In this document: one piece after another, positions 23,405 through 32,000 of the stretch | Layout: the number at the start of each line of letters is the position of its first letter | Numbering within the stretch: the first letter of the stretch is position 1 | Source of the DNA: Alkalilimnicola ehrlichii MLHE-1 | Lineage (GTDB): Bacteria > Pseudomonadota > Gammaproteobacteria > Nitrococcales > Halorhodospiraceae | Direction of reading: 5' to 3' | Length of the DNA stretch: 32,000 nt | Assembly (NCBI RefSeq): GCF_000014785.1 | Contig: NC_008340.1 | Coordinates: 1,680,001 to 1,712,000 of the forward strand | Position numbers and translations under genes: made by a program | Notes under the pieces: generated by a model | What the model was told of the DNA's origin: nothing | Databases searched by the model: none | The model's input: only the letters and a program-made list of their open reading frames with translations

Positions 23405-24487
23405 ATGACAGAGCGAGACCCGATACCAACGCGGCATGCCACCCGCTGGCTGCTGCAATGCCGCCCCGGCTTCGGCGCCGACCTGGCCGCGGAGCTCGCG
23501 GCCTGGAGCAGCGATGCCGGGGTGGCCGGCTGGCCGCGCGTGGAGAACGACCAGGGCCGGGTGGATTTCCACAGTGCGGATGGCCGGCCGCTGCCAACCC
23601 CACCGGCACTCACCTTCGCCCGCCAGGCCTGGCCGGTGGTGGCGGACTGCCCGCAATTGCCGGAACGGGACCGCGTCGGGGCGCTGCTGGAGGCGCTGGC
23701 GCCCCACCTGCCGGAGGCGTTGGCCGGGGTCTGGCTGGAGCATCCGGACACCAACGACGGTAAGGCGTTGGGGCGGTTCTGCCGCAAATTCCGCCCGCAC
23801 CTGGAACGGGCCCTCCGGGAGCGGGGGGTGGCCCTGGAGCGTGCCGGCGCGCCCCGCTTACACCTCTGGTTTGCCGATTCCCGCCAGGTGGTCGCCGGCC
23901 TGGCCCCCGCCGGCAGCGGCCGGCCCTGGCCCATGGGCATACCCCGCCTGCGCCTGCCCCGCGCCGCCCCCAGCCGCTCTGCCCTGAAGCTGGAGGAGGC
24001 CGTCGGTTGGTTACTGACACCGGTGGAGCGTGAGGCTGCACTGCGGCCCGGGATGAGCGCGGTGGACCTGGGTGCCGCGCCGGGCGGCTGGACCTGGGTG
24101 CTCCGCCAGGCCGGTCTTCACGTGACCGCCGTGGACAACGGGCCGCTGGCCGAGTCGCTGCGCGCCGACCGCGCCGTCCGCCACCTGCGTGAGGACGGTT
24201 TTCGCTATCGGCCGCCCCACCGGGTGGACTGGCTCGTCTGCGACATGGTGGAGCAACCCCATCGGGTTGCACGCCTGGTCCGCCACTGGCTTGTCTCCGG
24301 CTGGTGCGGCCGCGCCCTGTTCAACCTCAAGTTGCCCATGAGGCGGCGATGGCAGTGCGTGGCCGAGTGCCGCGCGCTGGTCACCGGCGGCTCCGGCGAA
24401 CTCGGCTGGCGGTCGGCCCAGCTCTACCACGACCGCGAGGAAATCACCGTCCTGGCCTGGCGGCCGGCCGCAGGGTCACGGGGTTAG
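23405..24487 (+). CDS. rlmM: 23S rRNA 2'-O-methyltransferase RlmM-like
   Basis: MSAVDLGAAPGGWTWVLRQAGLHVTAVDNGPL (SAM site), DWLVCDMVEQPHRVARL, LFNLKLPMRRRW. Start ATG at 23405 chosen over the track start. Confidence 0.88.
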   Translation: MTERDPIPTRHATRWLLQCRPGFGADLAAELAAWSSDAGVAGWPRVENDQGRVDFHSADGRPLPTPPALTFARQAWPVVADCPQLPERDRVGALLEALAPHLPEALAGVWLEHPDTNDGKALGRFCRKFRPHLERALRERGVALERAGAPRLHLWFADSRQVVAGLAPAGSGRPWPMGIPRLRLPRAAPSRSALKLEEAVGWLLTPVEREAALRPGMSAVDLGAAPGGWTWVLRQAGLHVTAVDNGPLAESLRADRAVRHLREDGFRYRPPHRVDWLVCDMVEQPHRVARLVRHWLVSGWCGRALFNLKLPMRRRWQCVAECRALVTGGSGELGWRSAQLYHDREEITVLAWRPAAGSRG

Positions 24488-24568
24488 ACGCCGGCCCTCC
24501 CCCACGTTATCATCGGGATATCTCACCGCTTACGAGCGGCGCCCCGCCGCCGGCCAAAGTAGATTGTT

Positions 24569-24988
24569 ATGAACCTTCAGGAACTGCTTGAAACCTTTGA
24601 ACTATTGGATCAATGGGATGAGCGCTACCGGGTACTGATCGACCTGGGGCGCAGCCTCCCGGCGTTTCCAGAGGAGGCCCGCACCGAGGACAACCGGGTG
24701 GAGGGCTGCACCAGTAACGTCTGGTTGATCCACGAGACCACCGACGATGAGCCGCCGCGGCATGTCTTCCGTGCCGACAGCGATGCCTTTATCGTCAAGG
24801 GCCTGATCGCCATCGTGCTGATGGCCTATTCCGGGCGCACCCAGGAGGAGATCCGCGGGACAGACATCCGCGATATCTTCACCCGCCTCGGGTTGGAGCA
24901 GAACCTGAGCCCCAACCGCCGTGACGGTTTCTACGCCATGGTCGAGCGCATCCACGAACTCTCCGGTGCCCAGACCCAATCCGCCTGA
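24569..24988 (+). CDS. sufE: SufE-family cysteine desulfurase accessory protein
   Basis: 139 aa, RYRVLIDLGRSLPAFPEEARTEDNRVEGCTSNVWL, the canonical cysteine-containing motif, and LGLEQNLSPNRRDGFYAMVERI. Confidence 0.93.
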   Translation: MNLQELLETFELLDQWDERYRVLIDLGRSLPAFPEEARTEDNRVEGCTSNVWLIHETTDDEPPRHVFRADSDAFIVKGLIAIVLMAYSGRTQEEIRGTDIRDIFTRLGLEQNLSPNRRDGFYAMVERIHELSGAQTQSA

Positions 24989-25018
24989 TCGTACGATTCA
25001 ACCCTCAAATAACGGTCA

Positions 25019-25186
25019 ATGAAGACAGGAAAAGAAGACCGCATCAGCGAAATCACCCTCAAGCGGCTCACCCTCGAAGAACTCCAGGCCCTGGCCAAGC
25101 GGGTGGAAGACGAACTGGAGACCCGGGCCTTCGCCGAGAGCATGGAGGCTCAGGTGCGACTGTTCATGCGGCGACGCGACGCCTGA
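25019..25186 (+). CDS. Small hypothetical protein (55 aa), not in the ORF track
   Basis: Translated by hand: MKTGKEDRISEITLKRLTLEELQALAKRVEDELETRAFAESMEAQVRLFMRRRDA*. Helical, charged, protein-like composition in the gap between sufE and the lipoprotein gene. Confidence 0.5.
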   Translation: MKTGKEDRISEITLKRLTLEELQALAKRVEDELETRAFAESMEAQVRLFMRRRDA

Positions 25187-25221
25187 CCGGCGTCGGCCGC
25201 CCCTTCGCCAGGCAGGCCCCC

Positions 25222-26226
25222 ATGCGCCGTCCCGCAGGTTTCACCGCCCTGGCCCTGATACTGGTCTTCCTGCTGGCGGCCTGCAGTGTCCACGGGGCGG
25301 ACCCGAGGGCGCCGGCCGGGCCCGGCAGTGCGCACCTCGAGCCCGGCCATGTCCGCATGGGCGACGGCGAGCCGCTGCGGCTGCGCCGTTTCGGGCCGGA
25401 ACAGGCACCTGACGCGGTGGTCCTGGCACTGCACGGGCTGAACGACCGTGCCGAGGCCTTTGTCAGCCTCGGCGAGACCCTCGCCGACCACGACATTGCG
25501 CTCTACGCCTACGACCAACGCAGCTTCGGCGCCAGCGCCTATCAGGGCCGGTGGCCCGGTGAAGCCACCCTGGTGGAGGACAACCTCGCCATTCTGGCCG
25601 CGCTCAGAGAGCGCTACCCCCATCGCCCCCTCTACCTGGCCGGCGAGAGCATGGGCGCCGCGGTGGCCATCCTGGCCGCCGCCCACGCCCCCGATGCCGC
25701 TGATCGCCTGATCCTGCTCTCCCCGGCCACCTGGGCCCGGCGCACCCAGCCATGGTACCAGCGCCTGGCCCTTTGGCTGGCGGTCCGCCTGATCCCGGAG
25801 CGCACCTTCACCGGCGAGTCCCTCGGTATCCGGCCCACCGACAACGAGGCCGAATTGCGGGCCCTGGGCCGGGACCCGCTGTTCATCAAGGAGACCCGGG
25901 TGGCCACCCTCTACGGGGCCACCAACCTGATGGACCATGCCCTGGAGCGGGCCGCCCAGCTCCAGACCCCCACCCTGCTGCTCTACGGGGCCCACGACGA
26001 AATCATCCCCCCTGAGGCCATCTGCGCGCTGATCCGGCAACTGCCCCCGACGCTGGATTGGCACTTCGCCTGGTACCCCGACGGCTGGCACATGCTCACC
26101 CGGGACCTGAGCGGCGAGCGCGTGCGTACAGACCTCGCCGCCTGGATCCACGACCCCGGCGCCGCCCTGCCCTCAAACGCCCTCCGCCCCGCCGACGAGG
26201 CGGTGCACCGCCTCTGCCCGCGCTGA
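25222..26226 (+). CDS. Serine hydrolase (alpha/beta fold, S33/monoacylglycerol lipase-like), predicted lipoprotein
   Basis: Lipobox-type leader ALALILVFLLAACS, LALHGLNDRAEAF, and nucleophile elbow YLAGESMGAAVA. Also LLLYGAHDEIIPPEA and WHMLTRD. Confidence 0.88.
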   Translation: MRRPAGFTALALILVFLLAACSVHGADPRAPAGPGSAHLEPGHVRMGDGEPLRLRRFGPEQAPDAVVLALHGLNDRAEAFVSLGETLADHDIALYAYDQRSFGASAYQGRWPGEATLVEDNLAILAALRERYPHRPLYLAGESMGAAVAILAAAHAPDAADRLILLSPATWARRTQPWYQRLALWLAVRLIPERTFTGESLGIRPTDNEAELRALGRDPLFIKETRVATLYGATNLMDHALERAAQLQTPTLLLYGAHDEIIPPEAICALIRQLPPTLDWHFAWYPDGWHMLTRDLSGERVRTDLAAWIHDPGAALPSNALRPADEAVHRLCPR

Positions 26227-26271
26227 TCCTGCGACGTTATGCCGCGGGTCAACTCCGGGGGGTGCGACAAC

Positions 26272-26301
26272 TTGACCCGTACATTCTCATTTTGCTATAT
26301 T
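26272..26301 (+). promoter_or_regulatory. Candidate sigma-70 promoter upstream of the SQR-like gene
   Basis: TTGACC (26272-26277), a 17/18-bp spacer, then CTATAT/TATATT at 26295-26301, in a locally AT-rich intergenic stretch. Confidence 0.5.
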
Positions 26302-26495
26302 AGTTAGCGTTCTCAGCTTATTCATTATCAATATAAGGGACGTGGCCGGATGGCGACTCGAACCTTCCCGGTCAGAGCGCTCTTTACGGAGCACTGCACT
26401 ATATTTTCCGGCGGATAGGGATCACTGGCCGGCCATCCTTGGAAAGGACACGCGTCAACCAGATGCAAGAAGCGCCAGAGGGCGCGGAGGAGATA

Positions 26496-27866
26496 ATGAG
26501 CAACCGTAGCATCAAAACAGAACGCGCAATCCATAAAGCGCTTACCGAGGCAGGTCTGTCCCGTCGTGATTTCCTGCGCTACTCCGGTGTCGGCGCCATC
26601 GGCGCCAGCGCCGTTATGGGCACCGGCGCCCTGCTGCACAGCGGCGAGGCCCAGGCGGTCACCACCAATGCCCGCGTGGTCATCGTAGGCGCCGGCGCGG
26701 CCGGTATCTCCTGTGCCAACCGCCTCAACCGCCAGCTCCGGGGCGCCGATATCACCGTCATCGACCGCCGGGAAGACCACCAATACCAACCCGGTCTGAC
26801 CCTGGTGGCCACCGGCGTCTGGGAGCGCGATAAGGTCGTCGACCGCAACGCCAACTTCCTGCCCTCGGGCGTGAACTGGGTCAAGGCCATGGTCAAGGAG
26901 TACGACCCCGACAACAATCGGGTGATCACCGATGACGGTCAGACCATCGAGTATGACTACCTGATGGTGGCCACCGGGCTGCAGGTCAACTACGACGCCT
27001 ACGAAGGCTACAGCCGCGAGCTGATCGGCGACCATGGCATCGGCTGCGTCTATGACAACGCGGATCATGCCGCCCGCACCTGGCGCCAGATCGACCGCTT
27101 TACCCAGAGCGGCGGCAAGGGCCTGTTCATCCGCCCGCCCGGTGCCATCAAGTGCGCCGGCGCGCCGCTGAAGGTCACCATGCTGACCGAGGACCGTCTG
27201 CGCCGCCGCGGCACCCGTGCCAATACCGAAATGCACTATTTCGCGCCGGGCACCGGGATGTTCTCCCAGCCGGATATCGACGAGTTCCTCAAGGGGCACT
27301 TCCCGGAGCGCGATATCAACCTGCACTGGCACCACGTGGTCAAGGGCATCGACCCGGCGGCCCAGGAGGTGGTCTTCGATACCCCCGACGGTGAGCGTAC
27401 GGAGGATTACGACTTCATCCACCTGGTGCCGCCGATGAGCGCGCCCGACAGCCTGCGCAACAGCGCCCTGGCCGCCGGCGAGGACAGCAACTTCACCGGC
27501 TGGCTGGAGGTGGACCGTTACACCATGCAGCACCAGCGCTACGAGAATGTCTTTGGCGCCGGTGACATCAACGGCGTGCCGATCGGCAAGACGGCCGCCA
27601 GCGTCAAGGCGCAGGTGCCGGTCGCCGTGAATAACATGGTGTCCCACATGCAGGGGCGGGAGATGACCGAGTCCTATGACGGCTACACCTCCTGCCCGCT
27701 GATCACCGGTATTGGCAAGGCGATCCTGGTGGAGTTCGATTACAACCTGGACATGGTGCCGTCCTTCCCCTTCATCAGCCCCTACGACGAGCACTGGGTG
27801 CCCTGGGTGATGAAGGACCGCCTGCTGCATGGCGCCTACAACGCCATGATGCGCGGCCGGGTATAA
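26496..27866 (+). CDS. Tat-exported FAD-dependent sulfide:quinone oxidoreductase-like protein
   Basis: ATG at 26496 with a GGAGG site. Tat leader LSRRDFLRYSGVGAIGASAVMGTG, FAD site ARVVIVGAGAAGISCANRL, and cysteine motifs GIGCVYD, IKCAGAPLKV and YTSCPLITG. Confidence 0.87.
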   Translation: MSNRSIKTERAIHKALTEAGLSRRDFLRYSGVGAIGASAVMGTGALLHSGEAQAVTTNARVVIVGAGAAGISCANRLNRQLRGADITVIDRREDHQYQPGLTLVATGVWERDKVVDRNANFLPSGVNWVKAMVKEYDPDNNRVITDDGQTIEYDYLMVATGLQVNYDAYEGYSRELIGDHGIGCVYDNADHAARTWRQIDRFTQSGGKGLFIRPPGAIKCAGAPLKVTMLTEDRLRRRGTRANTEMHYFAPGTGMFSQPDIDEFLKGHFPERDINLHWHHVVKGIDPAAQEVVFDTPDGERTEDYDFIHLVPPMSAPDSLRNSALAAGEDSNFTGWLEVDRYTMQHQRYENVFGAGDINGVPIGKTAASVKAQVPVAVNNMVSHMQGREMTESYDGYTSCPLITGIGKAILVEFDYNLDMVPSFPFISPYDEHWVPWVMKDRLLHGAYNAMMRGRV

Positions 27867-27902
27867 CGCCGCCCCGGTATCGGACGAATCCAAAGGAGGA
27901 AA

Positions 27903-28298
27903 ATGATCATGGCCTTTTCGTTGATGGGTATTATTACAGTCGTGCTGGAGGTCTTCCGGGGCCTGCTGCCGTTCGTTCTGCTCTGGGTGGTCATCGACCT
28001 GGCGCTGCTTGGCCTGTTTATTGCCCGCAAGTCCTCCCGCAGCGTCAACCTGGCGCTGCCGGTGAAGGCGTCGGTGGGGGTTGGTGTGGTGGTGGCCGTA
28101 GTGGCCTTCATCATGCTGCCCGGCTTCACTGGTGCCAGCTTCGCCAACCTGAGCGGCGCGCTGGACTATCTCTCCCTGATCGGCGGCAGCATCGGCTTTG
28201 GCGTGGCCTTCGGCGTCCTCGCCTTCCCGCCGCTGCTCTACGTCCTTGGCCTGGGCCCCAGCGAGAGCCACGCCGGGAGCACTGCCACCCAGTCCTGA
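27903..28298 (+). CDS. Small integral membrane protein, likely cotranscribed with the SQR-like gene
   Basis: 131 aa with several hydrophobic segments; AAAGGAGG at about 27891 and 36 bp after the preceding stop. Confidence 0.72.
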   Translation: MIMAFSLMGIITVVLEVFRGLLPFVLLWVVIDLALLGLFIARKSSRSVNLALPVKASVGVGVVVAVVAFIMLPGFTGASFANLSGALDYLSLIGGSIGFGVAFGVLAFPPLLYVLGLGPSESHAGSTATQS

Positions 28299-28321
28299 CC
28301 GGCCCATCCGCCGGTGACACC

Positions 28322-28350
28322 AAGCCCCGGGGGCCCGCCCCGGGGCTTTT
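28322..28350 (+). terminator. Rho-independent terminator after the SQR/membrane protein pair
   Basis: AAGCCCCGGGGGCCCGCCCCGGGGCTTTT hairpin with T-tract. Confidence 0.8.
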
Positions 28351-28468
28351 GCGTTTTCACAAGGTATGATTCCGGTCAACAAATGGTACGCTGTTAGCGA
28401 GGCCACCCCGTAGTCGGACGGGTGAAATGGGGCCGGCCTCTCACGGTACGGCGAGAAGAGGGCGCCAC

Positions 28469-29137
28469 ATGGAAACGGGTTCCCCAGGCTACCGCGTGGG
28501 GACGGCCGACCCGCTTACCCGGGGCGATCCGGCGGATTGGCTGCAGGCGTTGCGCGACGGCACGCGGGCCGCTCACCAGCGGGTAGAAAGCCACCCCGTA
28601 CTCCTGCCGCTGCAATCGGATCGGCTCACCATGGCGCAGTATCGCCGGGCGCTAGCGGTCTTTCTCGCCTATTTCGCCGCCCTGGAGGCGGTGTTACCCC
28701 CCTGGCTCGAACGCTTCCCGCAAGCGGGCTACCGCTACCTGCCGCGCCACCCCCTGATTCGGCGCGACCTGATGGATATCGGTGCCGTACTGCCAGAGGG
28801 CCATTCGGGCGCCGTTCCCCAGCTGATCTCGCGCAACCACCTGCTGGGCGTGCTCTACGTGCTGGAAGGGGCCACCCAGGGCGGCCGTGTGATCGCGCCC
28901 CGCCTGCAGCGGCGGCTCGGACTCGATGCCCGGCGCGGGGCGCGCTACTTTCATCTCTACCACGCCGGCCAATGGCGCAGCTTCCGGGCGTCGCTCGGCG
29001 GGGCTGCCCCCCGGGGCGGGCTTGAACAGGCACTCGCCGGGGCGCGGTCGACCTTCCATGCCCTTGAGGCGCACCTCGCTGCAGCTAATAGCGAACAGCC
29101 CAAGGAGAGCCTCCATGGCGCCTACCGACCCCTCTGA
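28469..29137 (+). CDS. Biliverdin-producing heme oxygenase (BphO-like)
   Basis: ALRDGTRAAHQRVESHPVLLPL, ISRNHLLGVLYVLEGATQGGRVIAPRLQRRLG. Immediately precedes, and overlaps, a bacteriophytochrome gene. Confidence 0.87.
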   Translation: METGSPGYRVGTADPLTRGDPADWLQALRDGTRAAHQRVESHPVLLPLQSDRLTMAQYRRALAVFLAYFAALEAVLPPWLERFPQAGYRYLPRHPLIRRDLMDIGAVLPEGHSGAVPQLISRNHLLGVLYVLEGATQGGRVIAPRLQRRLGLDARRGARYFHLYHAGQWRSFRASLGGAAPRGGLEQALAGARSTFHALEAHLAAANSEQPKESLHGAYRPL

Positions 29138-31184
29138 ACTGGCCCGGGCACAGGAGGCCTGCGCCCGCGAGCCGGTGCATATCCCCGGGGCGGTGCAACC
29201 CTCCGGGTGTCTGGTCAGCCTTGACCAGCGGTTGCGACGTCTTCTGCAGGCCAGCGCCAACCTGCACCGGTTTTTCGGTGTAACTCCCGAGCAGGCGCTG
29301 GCTTCCGACCCCAAGGCCCTCCTGGGGCGGCATCTGCTTCGCCGGATCAGCGCCTCGCTGCCGCAGGCTCCGCTCCAGCCAGTGAGCCTGGTAGCGGGTA
29401 TGCGCCTGCGGGGGAGGAACCGGCGCTTTCGAACCACGGCCTATCGAAGCGGGGAGCGGGTGGTGCTCGAATTCGAGGCGCTTTCCGGTCCCGATACCCA
29501 AACGCTGTTCCCCGCGATGGGGGACTGGTTGTCGCACCTGGCCGGAGCCCGCACGGCGGGGGCGCTCCTGGAGACCCTCGTCGCGGCGGCGCGGGATCTC
29601 ACCGGACACGAGCGGGCGATGGTCTACCAGTTCGATCCCGACTGGCATGGCTGCGTGGTGGCCGAGAGCCGGTGCGAGCATATGGACAGCTATCTATCGC
29701 ACCACTTCCCGGCCAGCGATATCCCGCCACAGGTACGGCAGCTCTACGACGTTAATCCGGTTCGTAGCATCCCCGATGCCCCGGCCGCTCCGGTGCCATT
29801 AGTACCGACAGAGGACCCACTGGACCAGCACCCGCTGGACCTTTCCGCCGGTGTGTTGCGGGCCGTCTCGCCGATCCACCAGGCCTATCTACACAACATG
29901 GGCGTGAAGTCGGCCCTGTCCGTGGCCATTCGGGACGATGCCGAGGGTCTTTGGGGGCTGCTTGCGTGTCATGGACAGGAGGCGCGCTCCCTGCCTCCCA
30001 CCCTGCGCGATGCGGTCCTGGCCTTAGTGCAAGTGGCTCAATCCCGTTTGATGCTGCTCAATGCCCAGCGCAATGCCCGCTATCAGCGGAGAGTAAGGGC
30101 TTGTCGCGCCCGCCTCGTGCTGGAACGCCGGCCACGGGCAACCCGGTTGTCGGAACTGGTGGCGGATCATGGGGCGGATTGGCTGACGCTTTTCCGGGCG
30201 TGTGGTATCGCCCTGGCCTATCGCGGTCAGTATCACACCTTCGGCACGGCACCACCCGACCGGACGCTGGCAGCCTTGGTGCAGGGCCTGGTCAGGTTGG
30301 CGCCCAGGGATGCATCCTGGAGCTGGCACTCTCCGGACGACTGGCCGGTGGCGGCCGAACTCCCGCGCGGGCGCTGCTGCGGTCTGTTGGCCGCACCGGT
30401 GCTGGTGGATTCGGAGCAGCCGGCGTTTCTGCTCTTCTTTCGGGCCGAGAACGTTCAAACCCGGCTTTGGGCAGGCCGGCCTGAGGCCCTCTGGGGCGCC
30501 GAGAAGGTCGCCGCCCCCCTCACCCCCCGCCATTCCTTCGCGGCCTGGCGCGAGGAGGTCCGCGGCCACAGCGCGCCATGGCGTGATATCGAGCGAGAGG
30601 CGGTCCTGGACCTGGCCGACGAAGTGGCCGTGCTGCTCTCCAGAAAGGAGATCGACCTGCTCAATGCCCAGTTGACCGAGGCCAACCGGCGGCTGAAGCG
30701 CCAGGCCACCACCGATTCACTCACCGGCGTCTGGAACCGCTACCGCATGCAGGAGCAGATCGAGCTGGAGCGCGGCGCCCACGAGCGGTATGGCACCCCC
30801 TGTTCGTTGCTGCTCTTCGACATCGATCATTTCAAGGCCGTCAACGACCAGTATGGGCACGAGGCCGGCGACCAAGTCCTGGTCGCCCTGGCCCGCGCGG
30901 TGGTGGGGGAACTCCGGGCCACCGATTTTCTCGGTCGCTGGGGCGGTGAGGAGTTCATCGTGCTGGCCACGAACAGTGCCCCGGAGGAGGCATGGACCCT
31001 GGCCGAGCGGCTGCGACAGTGCATCGCCGGGCTGCGGTTTCCCGGCGTGGGACCGGTCACCATCAGTGTGGGGGTGGCATCGCTGAGCCGCGGGGATACG
31101 GTGGATCGCCTGATCGACCGCGCAGACCGGGCGATGTACCGGGCTAAGCAGCGCGGCCGTAATCGGGTGGAGCAGGCCGAATGA
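29115..31184 (+). CDS. Bacteriophytochrome (PAS-GAF-PHY) with C-terminal GGDEF domain
   Basis: N-terminal CAREPVHIPGAVQPSG (Cys codon 29160-29162), FPASDIPPQVRQLY, SPIHQAYLHNMGVKSALSV, PHY motif PRHSFAAWRE, DSLTGVWNR, RATD I-site, GRWGGEEF. Confidence 0.93.
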   Translation: MAPTDPSELARAQEACAREPVHIPGAVQPSGCLVSLDQRLRRLLQASANLHRFFGVTPEQALASDPKALLGRHLLRRISASLPQAPLQPVSLVAGMRLRGRNRRFRTTAYRSGERVVLEFEALSGPDTQTLFPAMGDWLSHLAGARTAGALLETLVAAARDLTGHERAMVYQFDPDWHGCVVAESRCEHMDSYLSHHFPASDIPPQVRQLYDVNPVRSIPDAPAAPVPLVPTEDPLDQHPLDLSAGVLRAVSPIHQAYLHNMGVKSALSVAIRDDAEGLWGLLACHGQEARSLPPTLRDAVLALVQVAQSRLMLLNAQRNARYQRRVRACRARLVLERRPRATRLSELVADHGADWLTLFRACGIALAYRGQYHTFGTAPPDRTLAALVQGLVRLAPRDASWSWHSPDDWPVAAELPRGRCCGLLAAPVLVDSEQPAFLLFFRAENVQTRLWAGRPEALWGAEKVAAPLTPRHSFAAWREEVRGHSAPWRDIEREAVLDLADEVAVLLSRKEIDLLNAQLTEANRRLKRQATTDSLTGVWNRYRMQEQIELERGAHERYGTPCSLLLFDIDHFKAVNDQYGHEAGDQVLVALARAVVGELRATDFLGRWGGEEFIVLATNSAPEEAWTLAERLRQCIAGLRFPGVGPVTISVGVASLSRGDTVDRLIDRADRAMYRAKQRGRNRVEQAE

Positions 31185-31288
31185 GCTCGATCGTGGCTCT
31201 GGGCAGTGATCGCTGGCCGCCGCCCTTGTACTTCCGGCGGGGAACAGCGATCATCCCCGGGGTCTAACACTTCCTGCCCAGGCGATTC

Positions 31289-32000
31289 ATGTTGTTCGAG
31301 ACCAGCCCGGCCAACCAGGGCGAACATCGCTGTACGCTGGTTGCCAGCGACGGGACCCGCCTTGCCTACCAGATCCGGCCCACCAGCGGCCGCCGCCGGG
31401 GCGTACTGGTCGCACTGCACGGACTGAGCAGCAACATGAGTCGCTGGGCTGAGTTCAGCGCCCAGACTCGCCTGACCCGCAACTGGGAGATTATCCGCAC
31501 CGATCTGCGCGGCCACGGCCAGTCCCTGGACTGGCGGCCGGTGGACCTGGGGCGCTGGTGCCGGGACCTGCTCTCATTGCTGGACACGGAAGGGCACCAG
31601 CGCGCAGTGCTGGTGGGCCACTGCCTGGGCGCCGCGGTGGCGGCGGAGTTTGCGCGCCGCCACCCGGACCGGGTTCAGGGCTTGGTCCTGGTGGAGCCCC
31701 TGTTGCCAGAGGCGCTGCCCGCGCGGCTGCAACGCTATTACCGCTGGCGCGGCCTGCTCCGGCCGCTGCTGGCCGCGGCCCATGCCGCCTACGCCGTGGG
31801 GCTGCACCGGCGTCGCTACCGCAGCGTGGACCTGGTGGCGCTCGACCGCGCGGCCCGCGAGCGCATGGCCCAGGAGGGGGGGGCGGATGTCATCCGCAAG
31901 AGCCACGGCCGCCCCCTGGACGACATGCGACGCATGCCCTGGGCGCTCTATGTGGAGGCCCTGCTGGCCACGGTGGGGCTGCCGGGCGATCGTCTGGCGG
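31289..32000 (+). CDS. Alpha/beta hydrolase, 3' truncated by window edge
   Basis: Translated by hand: MLFETSPANQGEHRCTLVASDGTRLAYQIRP...GVLVALHGLSSNMSRWAEF...RTDLRGHGQS...AVLVGHCLGAAVAAEFARRHPDRVQGLVLVEPLLP... Open to the window end, so absent from the track. Confidence 0.83.
   Translation, partial: MLFETSPANQGEHRCTLVASDGTRLAYQIRPTSGRRRGVLVALHGLSSNMSRWAEFSAQTRLTRNWEIIRTDLRGHGQSLDWRPVDLGRWCRDLLSLLDTEGHQRAVLVGHCLGAAVAAEFARRHPDRVQGLVLVEPLLPEALPARLQRYYRWRGLLRPLLAAAHAAYAVGLHRRRYRSVDLVALDRAARERMAQEGGADVIRKSHGRPLDDMRRMPWALYVEALLATVGLPGDRLA

Noticed and set aside
26328-28406. 692-aa ORF on the minus strand antisense to the SQR-like and membrane protein genes
   Set aside because: The sense strand has clear homology, Tat leader, SD and terminator. 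The antisense product is low-complexity (H/G/Q/V-rich) as expected of shadow ORFs in high-GC DNA.

Overview
The window is GC-rich gammaproteobacterial chromosome, resembling a halo/alkaliphilic Ectothiorhodospiraceae-type genome (inferred from gene content only). Most of it is conserved core genes: tex (5' truncated), an HrpB-like helicase, the block recA-recX-alaS-lysC-csrA-tRNA-Ser(GCT)-tRNA-Arg(ACG) on the minus strand, pncC, mutS, fdxA, a dsbC-type gene, xerD, a slipin, rlmM and sufE. It also has a Tat-exported sulfide:quinone oxidoreductase-like flavoprotein with a downstream membrane protein, and a heme oxygenase / bacteriophytochrome-GGDEF pair followed by a truncated alpha/beta hydrolase with a Cys in the nucleophile elbow. 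The best candidate for an undescribed system is at ~4.5-9.9 kb. There a WYL-type regulator is divergent from a two-gene unit: an ATP-grasp enzyme and a ~674-aa protein whose C-terminal half carries a papain-like Cys/His/Asn pattern. An orphan 119-aa protein (opposite strand) and a small coiled-coil protein follow. A second notable region is a dense cluster of nested palindromic repeats at ~20.0-20.73 kb between fdxA and the dsbC-type gene. Genome-wide repeat counts, homology and structure claims were not tested and need the checks listed.
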